Shown here: piece by piece, positions 33,145 to 34,237 of the stretch
Numbering within the stretch: position 1 is the first letter of the stretch
Layout of the letters: every line of letters starts with the position of its first letter
Source: an uncultured Candidatus Saccharibacteria bacterium
Lineage (GTDB): Bacteria; Patescibacteriota; Minisyncoccia; Minisyncoccales; PWPS01
Direction: 5' to 3'
NCBI GenBank assembly: GCA_964435025.1
Contig: CAYSXL010000002.1
Location: 1 to 34,237 of the forward strand
DNA: 34,237 nucleotides
Position numbers and translations under genes: made by a program
Notes under the pieces: generated by a model
Seen by the model: the letters and a program-made list of their open reading frames with translations, nothing else
Told to the model about the DNA's origin: nothing
Database searches by the model: none

Positions 33145-34218
33145 ATGAAAGACGTAGAATTTCCCATTTTCAAAACCAAACTCGAAAACGACCGCAAGTT
33201 TGATCTTTCCGACCCCAAAGAGAGAGAGGACTATTTTAAGTTTAAAGCGGGAAAAGAAATAGAGGAAATAAAGGAGTACTTAAAAGAAAGTGCTTTTATA
33301 ATCTATCTTTTGGGGAAAAAGAGTGCCGGAAAGGGGACGTACTCCAAAATGCTTTCCGAGGTTGTTGATCCGGAAAAAATAGATCACTTTTCCATTGGAG
33401 ATATGGTAAGAACAGTGGATAAAGAACTTCAGGACGAGGAAAAAACAAAAGAGCTTACGGAGTTTTTGGAAAAGAACTACCGCGGATGGAGTTCGATGGA
33501 GGAAATAATGGAGCTTCTTAAGGGACGAAGCACCAAAAAGCTCATTCCTACGGACCTTATTCTTACGCTGGTAAAAAGGGAGATAGCAAAAAGAGGAAGA
33601 AAAGTTATTTTTATTGACGGATTTCCCCGTGACATGGACCAGATTTCCTACTCTCTCTTTTTTAGGGATCTTATCGGATATCGTGATGATGCCGACTTTT
33701 TTGCTCTCATCGATGTTCCCGAACAAGTTATAGACGAGAGAATAAAATGGAGGAAGATATGTCCAAAATGTGACACTTCCCGAAACCTTAAGCTTTTACC
33801 CACTTCCCAAATAGATTATGACAAGGAAAAAGGAGAGTTTCACTTGCTTTGTGACAGTCCGGGGTGTGAAGGGGGCAGAATGATAAGAAAAGAAGGTGAT
33901 GAAGCCGGGATTGCGCCCATAAAAGAAAGGATTGAAATGGACGAAAAACTTATAAAACAAGCCTTTGAACTTTACGGTGTTCCCAAAATACTTCTCCGCA
34001 ACTCTGTTCCTGTGGATAAAGCGGAAGAATACGTCTCCGAATACGAACTCACTCCTGAATACAACTACAAATGGAACGAAAAAGAGGGTAAGGTTGAAAT
34101 AGAAGAAACTCCCTGGACGATAAAAGACGATAATGGAGTAGAAAGTTATAGCTTAATGGCGCCTCCCGTTGTAGTTTCATTTATAAAGCAACTTGCAGAT
34201 GTACTAAAAAGGGCGTAG
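33145..34218 (+). CDS. Long adenylate-kinase-like nucleoside monophosphate kinase
   Basis: P-loop GKKSAGKGTYSKM, the IDGFPR motif and a Zn-type LID (CPKCD...CDSPGC). It is about 140 aa longer than a canonical Adk. I prefer the ATG at 33145 over the track start at 33109, which overlaps the LOG gene. Confidence 0.65.
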   Translation: MKDVEFPIFKTKLENDRKFDLSDPKEREDYFKFKAGKEIEEIKEYLKESAFIIYLLGKKSAGKGTYSKMLSEVVDPEKIDHFSIGDMVRTVDKELQDEEKTKELTEFLEKNYRGWSSMEEIMELLKGRSTKKLIPTDLILTLVKREIAKRGRKVIFIDGFPRDMDQISYSLFFRDLIGYRDDADFFALIDVPEQVIDERIKWRKICPKCDTSRNLKLLPTSQIDYDKEKGEFHLLCDSPGCEGGRMIRKEGDEAGIAPIKERIEMDEKLIKQAFELYGVPKILLRNSVPVDKAEEYVSEYELTPEYNYKWNEKEGKVEIEETPWTIKDDNGVESYSLMAPPVVVSFIKQLADVLKRA

Positions 34219-34237
34219 GAATTGTCGGGTGTATTAT

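Overview
This is an AT-rich, gene-dense bacterial window that uses the standard genetic code: TAA, TAG and TGA each terminate well-supported genes. The gene content suggests a small-genome, probably anaerobic, Patescibacteria/CPR-like organism. That call is an inference from many small N-terminally anchored acidic proteins, an FN3/FISUMP surface protein, a ComEC split into pieces and a compact housekeeping set. Bases 1-10 kb hold mostly small membrane or secreted hypothetical proteins, plus a ZIP metal permease, a HAMP/coiled-coil protein and a Na+/H+ antiporter. Bases 10-22.4 kb are housekeeping: csp, RNase R, tgt, topA, pth, lepB, hisS, HIT, rpsU, ybeY, ftsA and ftsZ. Bases 22.5-29.8 kb are an anaerobic class III ribonucleotide reductase locus. 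Its 2104-aa nrdD ORF carries four LAGLIDADG-type inteins (1434 of 2104 residues) and ends after the Zn ribbon. The glycyl-radical motif (SRIVGYLRPVNQWNAGK) sits instead on a separate 103-aa ORF just upstream of nrdG. I consider this two-piece glycyl-radical RNR the most interesting feature. Other points worth checking are: a promoter- and terminator-bounded, roughly 200-nt rod-like RNA candidate (6S-like) between topA and pth; an FtsZ that stops at the end of the globular domain with no linker or C-terminal peptide; a recurring 10-mer ACAAAGGTCG upstream of small genes; and a heptamer-repeat inverted structure upstream of rpsU. Bases 29.8-34.2 kb hold ComEC, a DUF5679-like Zn-ribbon protein, a separate ComEC-type MBL hydrolase, a LOG-family protein and a long adenylate-kinase-like protein. 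I found no rRNA, tRNA or CRISPR array. All family assignments come from motif recognition by eye, not from database searches.
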